A stretch of DNA of 64,000 bases from an uncultured Candidatus Berkelbacteria bacterium (GTDB taxonomy: Bacteria > Patescibacteriota > UBA1384 > UBA12157 > JAENIV01), in assembly GCA_963698075.1 (NCBI GenBank), contig OY969116.1, forward strand, positions 670,131-734,130. The letters are read 5' to 3'. Under the pieces are notes generated by a model that was given only the letters and a program-made list of their open reading frames with translations, was not told the origin of the DNA and did not search any database. Below, piece after piece: positions 53,585 through 61,886 of this stretch (position 1 is the stretch's first letter; each line of letters begins with the position of its first letter). The position numbers and the translations under genes are program-made.

Positions 53585-55849
53585 ATGAATAGGAAAGTTC
53601 TTTTAATCTCTTATTTTTTCCCCCCAATCGGCGGCGGTGGGGCAATCCGTTTGACTAAATTTGTCAAATACTTACCTTTATTTGGTTGGAAACCATATAT
53701 TTTGACGGTCAAAGAAGGTTTTTACTCCATCAAAGACCAATCCTTATTGAAAGAAACAGCTCGGGCTAAAATTACTCGAGTGAAATATTTTGAACCGGCT
53801 TTATGGTTTCGAAAGCGCTTTTGGCAATCTTTTTTGGCTTATTTTTTATATCCTCTTTTTTTGATTCCTGACCGGCAAATTTTATGGTTTTTTCCGGCTT
53901 TATTGGCGGCTCGCAAACTCATTCGGCAACAAAAAATTCGAATCATTTTTACTTCCGCCTCTTCCTATTCCGATCATCTTATTGCTCTTTGGTTAAAAAA
54001 AATAACGACGGTCAAATGGGTAGCCGACTTTCGTGATGAATGGACAAAAAGTCCTTTTTTTAAATTTTCCACTCCGATTCACAAAAAAATTATCCAATTT
54101 TTAGAAAAAAGAATCCTTGAAAGTGCTGATGTCGTCACGACGATATCGACTGAATTAACCAACCAATACCAAGAAATTTTAGGCGTCCAGAAAGAGAAAT
54201 TTCTGACGATTTCCAATGGCTTCGATCAATCAGATTTTAAGGGACTAAAAGTTTCTCCCCCCACCAAAAATTTTTTCAGGTTCGTTCATGCCGGCTCGCT
54301 TTATGGATCACGCCAAGCTAATATTTTTTTAGAAACTCTCGAAGAATTAAAACTTAAAAATGTCAAAGTCGAGTTCTTGGAAAAACTGCCTCACCACCAA
54401 GCCCTTGAAAAATTGTTAGCCGCTGATGTTTTGCTTTTATTTTTGAGTCCCCAAGACAGCCCCGCGGTGATGACAGGAAAGATTTTCGAATACCTGGCGG
54501 CTCGCAAACCAATTCTGGCTTTGGCACCAGACCATTCTGGAGCGGCTCAATTGATTAAAAAACTTAAGGTCGGCCAGGTCGCTCATCCCTTGGATAAAAA
54601 AGCCATCAAAGAAAAAATTCATAAGTTCTATCAACTTTGGCAACACGGTAAATTATCAGTTCCTTTGATTGATCTTGCCAAATACGATCGCCAATACTTA
54701 ACCGGTCGCTTAGCCAAAACTTTTGATCGCCTCATGTTGACCCAAGAGAAAAAAAGAAGGCGGCTCAAACTCTGTCTGATCGGCAATATTCGCTCTCCCC
54801 AAAATCAAAATTTGGTGGAATTTTTTAAAAAGAAAAACTATGAAATCCATTTTATCAGTAATGGCCAAGGGAAACTCAAGGGTATTAAAAGTTATTATTT
54901 GGGTAAAAATAATTTTACCCCCTGGTATTTTTTACGATCGCTTATGAAGACTCGTCGGTTAATAGCGAAGATTCGTCCAGACATTGTCCATGGTCAAGAT
55001 CTGGTTTTTGCCGGCATTTGGGCTTATTTGAGCGGTTTTCGGCCATTGGTGGTAACGCCGTGGGGCTCGGATGTTATGAACTACGAAAAATTTATTGATT
55101 TGGAAAAATATTTAATCAAAAAAACATTAAAGCAAGCTGATTTGGTGACCGTCTCATCTGAAGCTCTGCTTGAGAAGGCCCAAGAAATTGGTCTGCCAAA
55201 AGGAAAAGCCAAGTTGATTCATTTCGGAATTGACCTCTCTTTTTTCCGACGAAGGAAAGTAGAACATTGGCGTCGAAAATATAAATTAAAAAATGCGAAA
55301 AAGGCAAAAATAATCTATTGCCCCCGTTCGATTGCCCCAATCTATAACACTGATATTCTCATAGACGCTTTTGCCAAAATTGCCTCTCGGGAGAATGTCA
55401 AATTATTGATAACGACCCAAAATGCCCAAGAATCTTTCCTTATAGAAATCGAAAAAGCAGTCATTAAAAATAATCTCGTTGATAAGGTAATATTTTTACC
55501 CAGCCTTCAATTTAAAGAAATTCCCAATTTATACAATCTCGCTGATGTTATCGTCAGTCTGACATCTTCTGATGGCTGCAGCGTTTCTTTTTTGGAAGGG
55601 TTAGCCTCCGAGAAGAAGATTATAGCTACCAAATTGCCCTATCTCAAAGAATGGTTTACCGGCCATAATTTATGGACCGTCCCCATAAGAGACGTGGAGG
55701 CAACCGCCCGAGCATTGATTACCGCCTTAAATTTTCCGGCCAAAAAATGGCGTCCAATCGGCCGCCAAAACCGGCAAATGATTACCGAAAAAGCAGAAAT
55801 AAACGTTAATTTTGAAAAATTGGACAAGCTCTATCAGGATTTAATATGA
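53585..55849 (+). CDS. two-module glycosyltransferase (tandem GT4-like GT-B domains)
   Basis: First module starts VLLISYFFPPIGGGGAIR. Second module starts KLCLIGNIRSPQNQN and ends with CSVSFLEGLASEKKII. Confidence 0.65.
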   Translation: MNRKVLLISYFFPPIGGGGAIRLTKFVKYLPLFGWKPYILTVKEGFYSIKDQSLLKETARAKITRVKYFEPALWFRKRFWQSFLAYFLYPLFLIPDRQILWFFPALLAARKLIRQQKIRIIFTSASSYSDHLIALWLKKITTVKWVADFRDEWTKSPFFKFSTPIHKKIIQFLEKRILESADVVTTISTELTNQYQEILGVQKEKFLTISNGFDQSDFKGLKVSPPTKNFFRFVHAGSLYGSRQANIFLETLEELKLKNVKVEFLEKLPHHQALEKLLAADVLLLFLSPQDSPAVMTGKIFEYLAARKPILALAPDHSGAAQLIKKLKVGQVAHPLDKKAIKEKIHKFYQLWQHGKLSVPLIDLAKYDRQYLTGRLAKTFDRLMLTQEKKRRRLKLCLIGNIRSPQNQNLVEFFKKKNYEIHFISNGQGKLKGIKSYYLGKNNFTPWYFLRSLMKTRRLIAKIRPDIVHGQDLVFAGIWAYLSGFRPLVVTPWGSDVMNYEKFIDLEKYLIKKTLKQADLVTVSSEALLEKAQEIGLPKGKAKLIHFGIDLSFFRRRKVEHWRRKYKLKNAKKAKIIYCPRSIAPIYNTDILIDAFAKIASRENVKLLITTQNAQESFLIEIEKAVIKNNLVDKVIFLPSLQFKEIPNLYNLADVIVSLTSSDGCSVSFLEGLASEKKIIATKLPYLKEWFTGHNLWTVPIRDVEATARALITALNFPAKKWRPIGRQNRQMITEKAEINVNFEKLDKLYQDLI

Positions 55850-56628
55850 ATGTTCGAATACAAAGTTTTTTTAAGAAAAGTGAAATGAGAAAATATGATT
55901 TTTTAAAAAATCATTTTATATATTTGAAGCAAACGAAAATGGATAATTCTGATATTAAAAATCAGCGATTGTCTCACTATAAATGGTTGGTTTTTCAAAT
56001 TATTTACCTTGCCTGGTCAAAATGGGCCAATTTAACCAATAAATTAAATTCTAATAACAGAAATTTTGAAAAAAATTTTATGTTAACGCTCAAAAAAATG
56101 TTCAAAAAATTAGGTTATTTTAAAAATAATGTCTTGGATTTGGGGGGTGGTTGCGGTTCGTATAGACAGTTTTGGGTAGAATCAGCGGGCAAGATTTATT
56201 TAAATCACGATCCTCAAATTGGTAAATTTGAATTTATCAAATTAGATCACGAGCCAATATATATGGTTGAAGGTTACGCCGAAAAATTACCATACAAGAA
56301 TAATGTTTTCGATACAATTTTGATAGCCGATGCGATTGATCATTTTTCAAATCCATTGAGAGCTTTATTGGAAAGTATTAGAGTTTTGAAAAAAAGGGGC
56401 AAAATTATCATCCTCCAATGTTATCGTATTAGTAGCGGAAAAACTTTATGGCAGAAAATCATTTACAAATTAAAAGATTTGATTAACCATATTGTCCATA
56501 TAAGTCATCTGTCTTCTGGTGAGATTAAAATTATTCTTTCTCGGGTTGGATATCAAAAAATAAGATTTTACAGGAGAAAAATAAAAAATAATAATACAAA
56601 TTTAATAATATATATTGCTATAAAATGA
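55846..56628 (+). CDS. class I SAM-dependent methyltransferase
   Basis: VLDLGGGCGSY motif I. LKKRGKIIIL post-I. Confidence 0.6.
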   Translation: MNVRIQSFFKKSEMRKYDFLKNHFIYLKQTKMDNSDIKNQRLSHYKWLVFQIIYLAWSKWANLTNKLNSNNRNFEKNFMLTLKKMFKKLGYFKNNVLDLGGGCGSYRQFWVESAGKIYLNHDPQIGKFEFIKLDHEPIYMVEGYAEKLPYKNNVFDTILIADAIDHFSNPLRALLESIRVLKKRGKIIILQCYRISSGKTLWQKIIYKLKDLINHIVHISHLSSGEIKIILSRVGYQKIRFYRRKIKNNNTNLIIYIAIK

Positions 56629-58994
56629 AATCAAAGATCTCAATGGTGACAACTTCGGAAATTTTCCATGACAGTCGTATCTTAAACGAGGCGGCGACGT
56701 TGGCCCGGAATTATCAAGTTACAGTTTTGGCCAAAAAATATCCTCTCCAGCTCCGAAAAAAGTTTCCTTTCAAAATAAAGCTCATCGACTATTTAAAACT
56801 TCCCTGGTTTCAACTCAGCGTTTTCTCTTCTTTTTTCTCATTGATGAAGGCAGCCCTCAAAGAAAATCCTGACAGCTATCACGCCCACGATCTCGATGGC
56901 CTGCTTTGTGCCTTTCCTGCCGCCCTTTTAAAGGGTAAGATTTTAATTTATGATTCTCACGAACTTTGGTCGAATACCTATCCTTTCGTTAACCTTCGGG
57001 GCATTCAATGGCTTTTGCCAATCCTCGAGAGAGTCCTTATCTGGCGCATCCGAGCCGGCATTACGGTTAATCAATCAATCGCTGATTATTTATCAAAAAA
57101 ATATCATCGCCAGTTTCTGGCCTTGTACAACACTAGTGATATCTCGCCAGTCAAAAAGTCATTGATTAATTTGCGCCAAAAATTCCCCCAAAAAAAGATC
57201 ATTCTCCATCTTGGGGCCGCTGATGAGGGCCGAGGTTTGGCAGAGATCATTTCAGCCGCCCAATTTTTACCCGAAAAATTTGTTTTGATTTTTCTCGGTG
57301 GCGGTAAAATTGAGAGCCAATCCAAGATTCTCGCCAAAAAATTGGGATTAAAAAATATTTATTTCTTTCCGGCCGTCGCTCCAGAAGAGATTACCTCAAC
57401 CATTGCCGGCGCGGATTTAGGCCTGGCTTTAACCCAAAAGGTTTCTTTGTCCTATTATTTGTCGCTTCCTAATAAAATTTTTCAATATCTAGCGGCTGGC
57501 CTACCAATTTTGGGTAGCAATTTTCCTGAATTCAAAAAAGTGATCCTTAACAATGGTATTGGTGAAACCGTTGACCCTTCGAGGCCGAAATTGATTGCCC
57601 AAAAGATTATCGCCATGACGAAAACCAGCTCCCTTGAGCAATATCGTCAAAATCTAGGCTTGATAAAAAATAAATTCCGCTGGAGCAAAGAGGCCAAAAA
57701 ATTAGAAGATTTTTATCAAAAGTTGGAAAATCCTGCCCCCACGGTCTCACGAAAATTTAAAATTGACGTTTTCTGGAACGCAGCGAGTTTGGCTCTTTTG
57801 GGACTTTCTGGCATAATTTTTAACATTATTATCGCCCGTTTTTACGGCGCCAGAGGTTTAGGAGTTTTTAATGAAGTCTATGCGATCTATATTTTGGCCT
57901 CCCAATTAGCGGTGGGCAGTGTCCATCTTTCGGTTCAAAAATATATTCCCGCTTTTCCGAGAAACTCCCGCCAACTGGCTAAGATTATCAGCGCTGGCAT
58001 GGGGCTGACTTTAATTTGTTCTTTAATTGTCAGTACCCTTATTTATTTTACTCGGGGGATATGGGGGATCTGGTTTAAGGACCAAGACGTTGTTTTGGGA
58101 GTCGGCTTGGTTGCCTTTGGTTTGATCGGTTTCGCTCTCAATAAAACTCTTTTGGCGGTCTTAAATGGCTTTCGTCTAATGCGGTCTTTTGCCTTTTTTT
58201 CGGGACTAAGATATCTTTTTGTCTTAGGCTTTGTTGTCCTGCTCATTATACTTCGAGAGCCACAAGGGACTTTACCCTTGGCTTTTTCTTTAGCCGAAGC
58301 CTTTCTTTTTGTCATTTTATTGGTCTATACTTTACGATTTTTTAAATTTACTTTTTTCTTAGGCGATTGGCTAAAAAAACACCTCATCTTTGGTTATCAT
58401 TCCCTCTTGGGCAATCTTTTAGTCGATGTGAACGCTCGAGTTGATATCTTAATTTTAGGTTTTTTTACCTCCGCTCAAGTGGTGGGAATTTATAGCTTTG
58501 CCGCCTTACTCACCGACGGTTTGGGGCAACTTTTGGGCATCGCCTTAAAAATCAATGTTAATCCTGTTTTGGCAAAACTTTCCGCCAAAAAGGATTGGCC
58601 GACACTCAAAGCTTATATTCGCAAAGGCATTAAGCTGACCTATTTTTATTTTTTTATCATTGCCTTAGTTGCCGTTGTTCTTTATCCCTTAATCATTCAG
58701 TTTTTTGTCGCCCAAAGCTTTCTCACGAGCTGGCCAGTTTTTGTGATTCTCGTGGCCGGTCTGACGCTCTCTAGCGGCTACCAACCCTTTCAAATGCTTT
58801 TGGTCCAAACAGGCCATCCCAAATTCTATTCTTGGCTCATCGCTACGGTTTTTATTACCAATGTTCTTTTAAATCTCGCCTTAGTGCCCTTCTTGGGAAT
58901 GTATGGGTCGGCCATTGCCACCGCCATTTCTTTTGTGGTTTTGGCTTTAACTCTTAGGTTTTTGACAAAAAAAGCCCTAAAGATTAAGATTTGA
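56625..58994 (+). CDS. fusion protein: GT4 glycosyltransferase (N-terminal about 370 aa) + Wzx-like flippase membrane domain (C-terminal about 420 aa)
   Basis: N-terminal YHAHDLDGLL...LPNKIFQYLAAGLPIL GT4 motifs. The C-terminal half has 10-12 TM helices, beginning with FWNAASLALLGLSGIIFNIIIARFYG, typical of Wzx/MOP. Confidence 0.55.
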   Translation: MKSKISMVTTSEIFHDSRILNEAATLARNYQVTVLAKKYPLQLRKKFPFKIKLIDYLKLPWFQLSVFSSFFSLMKAALKENPDSYHAHDLDGLLCAFPAALLKGKILIYDSHELWSNTYPFVNLRGIQWLLPILERVLIWRIRAGITVNQSIADYLSKKYHRQFLALYNTSDISPVKKSLINLRQKFPQKKIILHLGAADEGRGLAEIISAAQFLPEKFVLIFLGGGKIESQSKILAKKLGLKNIYFFPAVAPEEITSTIAGADLGLALTQKVSLSYYLSLPNKIFQYLAAGLPILGSNFPEFKKVILNNGIGETVDPSRPKLIAQKIIAMTKTSSLEQYRQNLGLIKNKFRWSKEAKKLEDFYQKLENPAPTVSRKFKIDVFWNAASLALLGLSGIIFNIIIARFYGARGLGVFNEVYAIYILASQLAVGSVHLSVQKYIPAFPRNSRQLAKIISAGMGLTLICSLIVSTLIYFTRGIWGIWFKDQDVVLGVGLVAFGLIGFALNKTLLAVLNGFRLMRSFAFFSGLRYLFVLGFVVLLIILREPQGTLPLAFSLAEAFLFVILLVYTLRFFKFTFFLGDWLKKHLIFGYHSLLGNLLVDVNARVDILILGFFTSAQVVGIYSFAALLTDGLGQLLGIALKINVNPVLAKLSAKKDWPTLKAYIRKGIKLTYFYFFIIALVAVVLYPLIIQFFVAQSFLTSWPVFVILVAGLTLSSGYQPFQMLLVQTGHPKFYSWLIATVFITNVLLNLALVPFLGMYGSAIATAISFVVLALTLRFLTKKALKIKI

Positions 58995-60103
58995 TTATGA
59001 AAAAAATTGCTTCAATTATTGGCGCCCGGCCACAGTTTATCAAAACACCGCTGATTTCACGCGAGATTCGCAAATTCGCCAAGGAAATCCTAGTTCACAC
59101 TGGTCAGCATTATGATCTCAATATGTCCGAGATATTTTTTAAAGAACTCGGGATTGCCAAACCTGATTATAATTTGGGCGTCGGCTCTGATACCCAGGGC
59201 AAACAAACCGGCCGCATGCTCGAGCGAATTGAAGCGGTTTTAATCAAAGAGAAACCCGATTTAGTGATTATTTACGGCGATACCAACTCGACCGTTGCCG
59301 GGGCCCTCGCCGCCGCGAAACTTCACATTCCTGTCGCCCACGTCGAAGCTGGTATGCGTTCCTATAACCGTCAAATGCCCGAAGAAATCAACCGCGTCGT
59401 CTCCGATCATATCGCTGATATTTTATTGGCGCCAACTGAATCTGCGGTTAAGCTCCTCAAGAAAGAAGGGGTAACCCGCGGCGTCTATTTTGTCGGTGAT
59501 GTGATGTACGATATCCAGAAGAAACTTAAATCTAAAAGTTCATATCTCAAAACCCTAAAAACCTATCACCTAAAACCTAAAACCTATTTATTAGCCACCG
59601 TACATCGGCAGGAAAATACTGACATTCGCCAAAACTTAGAAAATATTATTGAGGCCTTTATAAAAATAGGGGAAACCATTGTTTTCCCCGCCCATCCGCG
59701 AACAGTTAAGTTCCTGAAGGGTTATGGCTTGGACAAAGAGATTGCTAAATATCCCCAGATTAAACTGATAGAACCAGTTGGTTTTTTTGAAATGATCGCT
59801 TTAGAAGCTAATGCGCGCCTCGTTTTGACTGATTCCGGCGGCGTCCAAAAAGAGGCCTATCTCGACCGCGTCCCATGTATTACCTTACGAAACGAAACTG
59901 AGTGGACGGAGACAGTGGCAGCGGGTTGGAATAAACTCGCCGGCGCCAACACCCGTAAAATCTTATCCTTAGTCAAAAAATTCCCTCACCCCAAATCTCA
60001 CCCCAACTTCTTAGGCGACGGCAAAGCTTATGTAAAGATTGGAAAGATAATTAAGAAATATTTACTTGCCCGCCGTAGCCTTGGCGAAGGCGGGGCTCTC
60101 TAA
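58991..60103 (+). CDS. wecB: UDP-N-acetylglucosamine 2-epimerase (non-hydrolysing)
   Basis: IIGARPQFIK, HTGQHYD and GDTNSTVAGALAAAKLHIPVAHVEAG are canonical WecB/MnaA motifs. Confidence 0.85.
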   Translation: MIMKKIASIIGARPQFIKTPLISREIRKFAKEILVHTGQHYDLNMSEIFFKELGIAKPDYNLGVGSDTQGKQTGRMLERIEAVLIKEKPDLVIIYGDTNSTVAGALAAAKLHIPVAHVEAGMRSYNRQMPEEINRVVSDHIADILLAPTESAVKLLKKEGVTRGVYFVGDVMYDIQKKLKSKSSYLKTLKTYHLKPKTYLLATVHRQENTDIRQNLENIIEAFIKIGETIVFPAHPRTVKFLKGYGLDKEIAKYPQIKLIEPVGFFEMIALEANARLVLTDSGGVQKEAYLDRVPCITLRNETEWTETVAAGWNKLAGANTRKILSLVKKFPHPKSHPNFLGDGKAYVKIGKIIKKYLLARRSLGEGGAL

Positions 60104-60223
60104 AGAGACCTCTTAATTGACACTTACGAAGTGTAAATTTTATGGTTAAAATGGTAAAAAATATAATAATAAATATAATAAAAATCGCGCGGTCGAAAGG
60201 ATTTTATTAGATTTCTTGGTATT

Positions 60224-60256
60224 GAAAAGCCCCGGGCAAAACTTCACCCGGGGCGC
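60224..60256 (-). terminator. GC-rich hairpin GCCCCGGG-N10-CCCGGGGC with T-tract on the minus strand
   Basis: Perfect 8-bp stem. TTTTC follows on the minus strand. Lies downstream of the GC-rich minus-strand operon. Confidence 0.4.
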
Positions 60257-60498
60257 ACGGCGGTCTTGCTATGCGAATCGCAAGACAACTCCGACAATCG
60301 CGATTCCTATACCTATGCCAGCTATGGGACCGCCGTAGATTGTGCGTCTTTTCTTCAGTCCCAGAACGAACAAGCCAAGCCCACCGGAAAACATAGAAGT
60401 CCAGCAAAATTCGTCCAGGTCATCGATCTTCTCCTTCCTTCAACTCTCGAACCTCGATATCGCATCGAGACCCGTCAGTACCACCAGAACGGCTTTTT

Positions 60499-60732
60499 TC
60501 ATTTTCCCTCTCGCAGTTTCAGAATGGTCTCTTCAAGGCAGACTGCAAATCCAATCAGTCCGAGGATGCAACCGAAGACTCCAACCATTGATAGAAGTCC
60601 TTGTTGAACGTAATCTGCCTCTCTGGCGTAGAAAATCCAGGCTGTTATTCCTCCTGCTATGAACGCCAGAAAGATGAGGACCCCTATTATTGCACCATCG
60701 CTTTTCTCGATAAGCTTCTTCCAGGCCTTCAT
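60499..60732 (-). CDS. small 2-TM membrane protein (77 aa), GC-rich operon
   Basis: SD AAAGGAGAA before the ATG. Two hydrophobic helices. Confidence 0.4.
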   Translation of the reverse strand: MKAWKKLIEKSDGAIIGVLIFLAFIAGGITAWIFYAREADYVQQGLLSMVGVFGCILGLIGFAVCLEETILKLREGK

Positions 60733-60750
60733 CGGTTTTCTCCTTTCTGT

Positions 60751-60963
60751 TCAGGTTTGTCGGCCAAGCATTTTCTCAACAACTAAGAAAAGGACGATGA
60801 CACCGCACAACAGAGATGACAGACTCAAGAAGAACAACATATCACTATCCGTTTCGATTGTCCGGTGGAGAGGATGCCTCAAAGCCAGGATAAGGAAACC
60901 AACACTGAAGGCAATCCACAGCACAGTGATTGCCAGTTCGCTCAGATACTTTCTGACCTTCAT
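60751..60963 (-). CDS. small 2-TM membrane protein (70 aa), GC-rich operon
   Basis: SD AAAGGAGGAAAG before the ATG. Two hydrophobic helices. Confidence 0.4.
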   Translation of the reverse strand: MKVRKYLSELAITVLWIAFSVGFLILALRHPLHRTIETDSDMLFFLSLSSLLCGVIVLFLVVEKMLGRQT

Positions 60964-61046
60964 CTCTTTCCTCCTTTAATTTTCAACGCTCGAACCCGTT
61001 GGATAACTCTCTATCCAATGGGGCTCAAGGTTGAGCCCGAAGGCTC

Positions 61047-61652
61047 TTAACCCTCGGGCTGCTTTCCTACCTTTGTGACCGCATACATCTCTCGGAGGTA
61101 TTCTCTCCAGTACTCATCGTAGTCAACCGGTAGATAGTCCCGTGGATCAATCAGGTAGGTGGCACCCGAAACTAGTACCATTCTCGTAGGCATCAGGAAC
61201 GCCGCCGAGACCGCATCTTTCTCATGGACATCGACAGGAAGATCTGATTGGACATCTTGCGGCTTATCGGCAAGAACTAGTGTGACCTGTCGAAGGTTGC
61301 TGACGGGTCCATAGTGCTCGCGACTTGTTTCAACCATGTTCGCGAAGCAGCGATAGAAACGGTGCGTGCCCCTGACGACTAGATAGGCCCTAAGGCCATC
61401 CCTCTTGAGATGGACCAGGAGGCCTCGGTCCCATGTCCATTCGATACCGTCTTCAGGCACATCCCAGGTTCCGACGAGCCTAGGAGCGTTTGCCTTGGCA
61501 TTCGCCAGCCACTCTTTCTGTTCTTCTACGTAGTCCTGGGCCCTGGAAAAAGATCCCTTGAGAGGGTTCTCAAACGTGCCGTACCTCATCATCAGGAATA
61601 CGAGAAGGCCCAGAACCACAACCACCACAGTCATTTTCCCGGCGTATCTCAT
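61047..61652 (-). CDS. N-terminally membrane-anchored hypothetical protein (202 aa), GC-rich operon
   Basis: SD AAGGAGG 7 nt before the ATG at 61652. The longer GTG-initiated ORF in the track contains this SD. Signal-anchor MTVVVVVLGLLVFLMM. Confidence 0.45.
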   Translation of the reverse strand: MRYAGKMTVVVVVLGLLVFLMMRYGTFENPLKGSFSRAQDYVEEQKEWLANAKANAPRLVGTWDVPEDGIEWTWDRGLLVHLKRDGLRAYLVVRGTHRFYRCFANMVETSREHYGPVSNLRQVTLVLADKPQDVQSDLPVDVHEKDAVSAAFLMPTRMVLVSGATYLIDPRDYLPVDYDEYWREYLREMYAVTKVGKQPEG

Positions 61653-61724
61653 CTGAGGCGCCTCCTTATTTTGGGGTTCATTCACAACAGGTTCGGTTTT
61701 ACCCTATCCCATCGTGAACATAAG

Positions 61725-61753
61725 ATTATATCACATATTCAATGAAATGTCAA
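61725..61753 (-). promoter_or_regulatory. consensus sigma70 promoter on the minus strand: TTGACA-17 bp-TATAAT driving the GC-rich operon
   Basis: Plus-strand tgtcaa at 61748-61753 and attata at 61725-61730. Exact consensus on the minus strand with a 17-nt spacer. Confidence 0.55.
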
Positions 61754-61775
61754 TATATAGTGACGTTAATTATAC

Positions 61776-61804
61776 TTGACAAAAGCATAAAAATCAAGTA
61801 TAAT
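61776..61804 (+). promoter_or_regulatory. consensus sigma70 promoter TTGACA-17 bp-TATAAT for the TrmB-like regulator gene
   Basis: TTGACA at 61776-61781. TATAAT at 61799-61804. Confidence 0.55.
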
Positions 61805-61846
61805 ATAATAAAGTCGTAAATTAGTTACGATAATTACAATAATATC

Positions 61847-61874
61847 AATTTAATTCGTACGTACGAATTAAATT
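61847..61874. promoter_or_regulatory. 28-bp perfect palindrome AATTTAATTCGTAC|GTACGAATTAAATT in the leader of the TrmB-like gene (candidate operator)
   Basis: Perfect dyad symmetry seen directly in the sequence. Lies between the promoter and the SD (AGGAG) of the regulator gene. Confidence 0.5.
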
Positions 61875-61886
61875 TACAGGAGCATT

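Noticed and set aside
60266-60662. Plus-strand ORFs 60266-60607 and 60342-60662 in the GC-rich block
   Set aside because: They overlap the better-supported minus-strand small membrane protein genes, have no SD, and have low-complexity translations. They are likely high-GC frame artefacts.
3150-61690. Interpreting the five GC-rich blocks as assembly chimeras or contamination
   Set aside because: Considered seriously but judged less likely. Each block is gene-sized and starts inside a 5' UTR downstream of an AT-rich consensus promoter. It is preceded by a canonical SD and ends at its own terminator. Twice the flanking native-type terminator is duplicated. Chimeric joins would not respect gene boundaries five times. 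This cannot be fully excluded without read-level data.
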